Of a stretch of DNA of 64,000 bases, positions 62,395 through 64,000 are shown piece by piece (the stretch's first letter is position 1; each line of letters opens with the position of its first letter). The position numbers and the translations under genes were made by a program. The stretch lies in assembly GCF_009914755.1 (NCBI RefSeq), contig NC_060946.1. One strand, 5' to 3'. Under the pieces are notes generated by a model. The model saw only the letters and a list, made by a program, of their open reading frames with translations, was not told the origin of the DNA and did not search any database. Source of the stretch: the human T2T-CHM13v2.0 reference genome, Homo sapiens.

Positions 62395-62589
62395 CTGGCT
62401 GCCACAGCCTTCTCTGTGCTCTGCTGCAGCTCCTTCATCTCTTCCTGTAGCTGCTGTGGCTTTGTAAAATGACCCATGAAGTTGAAATAATCCTCTGCAC
62501 AGGGCCGATGGACAGCAGGCGAATAGTTAATACCCAATTTCTGTAAAAATTCCTGGTAAGTAATGTGCCCTTTTCCCTCGGTGTCGTAT
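62395..62589 (-). CDS. EFCAB6: EFCAB6 internal coding exon (195 nt, phase 2-2): (R)YDTEGKGHITYQEFLQKLGINYSPAVHRPCAEDYFNFMGHFTKPQQLQEEMKELQQSTEKAVAA(R)
   Basis: Acceptor ttttgttttaAG|A and donor CAG|GTGAGT. Contains the EF-hand loop DTEGKGHITYQE. Peptide recognised as EFCAB6 and splices in frame to the next exon. Confidence 0.95.
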
Positions 62590-62969
62590 CTTAAAACAAA
62601 AACAAAAACAGAAAGCACTTCTCAGTAGCCAGTAAGGTGTGCTGATGCTCAGGGTTTGGAAAATGCCTGCACCATCCATGAGGAGCTCGTCTTCCATCCC
62701 TCACCACTCGGAGCATGCCCTGTGGGCCAGCGGAATCAGCCCCGCCTGGCAGAGCTGGAAATGCGTGAGTTCAGGCCTCACTCCTGATCCGATCCGCATC
62801 CTCATGTTAACAAGGACCCCAGGTGACTCACAGGCACATCAGCATTCAGGATGGTCACGCCACACATGGCCTGCCAGGAGAGAGAGCAACCCAAGCCACT
62901 CACCTGTCATTCTATTAGAAACACAGTTGTGACTACAGAAAATTAAAGTCAACCCCTCCATACGTTTAG

Positions 62970-63290
<321 letters not shown>

Positions 63291-64000
63291 TTCGGCAGTT
63301 TTTTAAAATTGAATACTTACCTGTGAAAGGAATTATGCTAAGGTTTAGAAAAAAATTCTTCAAAAAGCATATTCAATCTTAAAACTCGAATGAGTGAATG
63401 TCACTTGATTCAAAGATGGTAAAATTTCCCATTTCCTCTTTGAAGAGATGCCAATTACATACAGCCAATGAGAGAGGCCAGTGAGGAAAACAAGATAAGA
63501 ATTATGCTATGTACCTTTTATGTCATTTTCTATTATTGAGATTTTTCTGAATTAGAACTCATTAAAAAAGGCATAATGGAGGGTTTTTATCTCCCAACGT
63601 TATTCAAATAGAATAGAATTACTTCAATAAAAATTTTAAGGCAAATTGCCAATTTTCTTTAAAGAAAGAAAGCATTTATTTTTACAGAAAGATCTTGGTC
63701 CTCATCTAATCGATAAAAATGGCATTCGCAGATGTGATTTTCCCCAGATGAACTCAGAGTTACAAGGAATGAGACTATATTTAAACAATGTTGCCAGCAT
63801 AATTCTCCCATCAGGATGTTGCTTGGGCATTTGTCTGATGGAGTAGAAGTACAATCAGTTTTCCTTTGAGAGGTACAGCTCCCTTTTGCTCTGCTCGTTA
63901 ACTGATGAGATCCTGGAGGATCTACGGAACCCACAGTTGCCTGTGACACACTAAGCCCTGTACGACTGTTTGAGCTGGGTGAACAATAAAGAAAATGTTC

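Overview
This is primate (human-like) intronic DNA. The window lies inside EFCAB6 (EF-hand calcium-binding domain 6, DJBP), which is transcribed on the minus strand. I rebuilt six internal coding exons with GT-AG boundaries and consistent phases (62589-62395, 52558-52403, 42989-42794, 38858-38667, 17543-17316, 2806-2576). The exon at 42989-42794 is missing from the ORF track. The rest is intron: about 22 Alus, several old L1M/L1PA pieces, L2/MIR, MaLR, ERV1 and ERVL solo LTRs, and DNA transposon fossils (Tigger1, MADE1, MADE2, MER5A, MER53). Almost all other listed ORFs are spurious. I see no convincing new gene system. The best leads are: (1) an indel-free 65 x 20-bp minisatellite just downstream of the only frame-asymmetric exon, carrying about 20 sense-strand UGCAUG (RBFOX) motifs and repeated CATTCC/GCGTG DNA motifs; (2) a G-rich CCTCCCT minisatellite; (3) a 393-bp local templated duplication inserted into a MIR; (4) an Alu flanked by a 61-bp duplication; (5) cryptic poison-exon or recursive splice sites; (6) inverted Alus bracketing exons. 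Repeat subfamily names come from recalled consensus sequences and are approximate.
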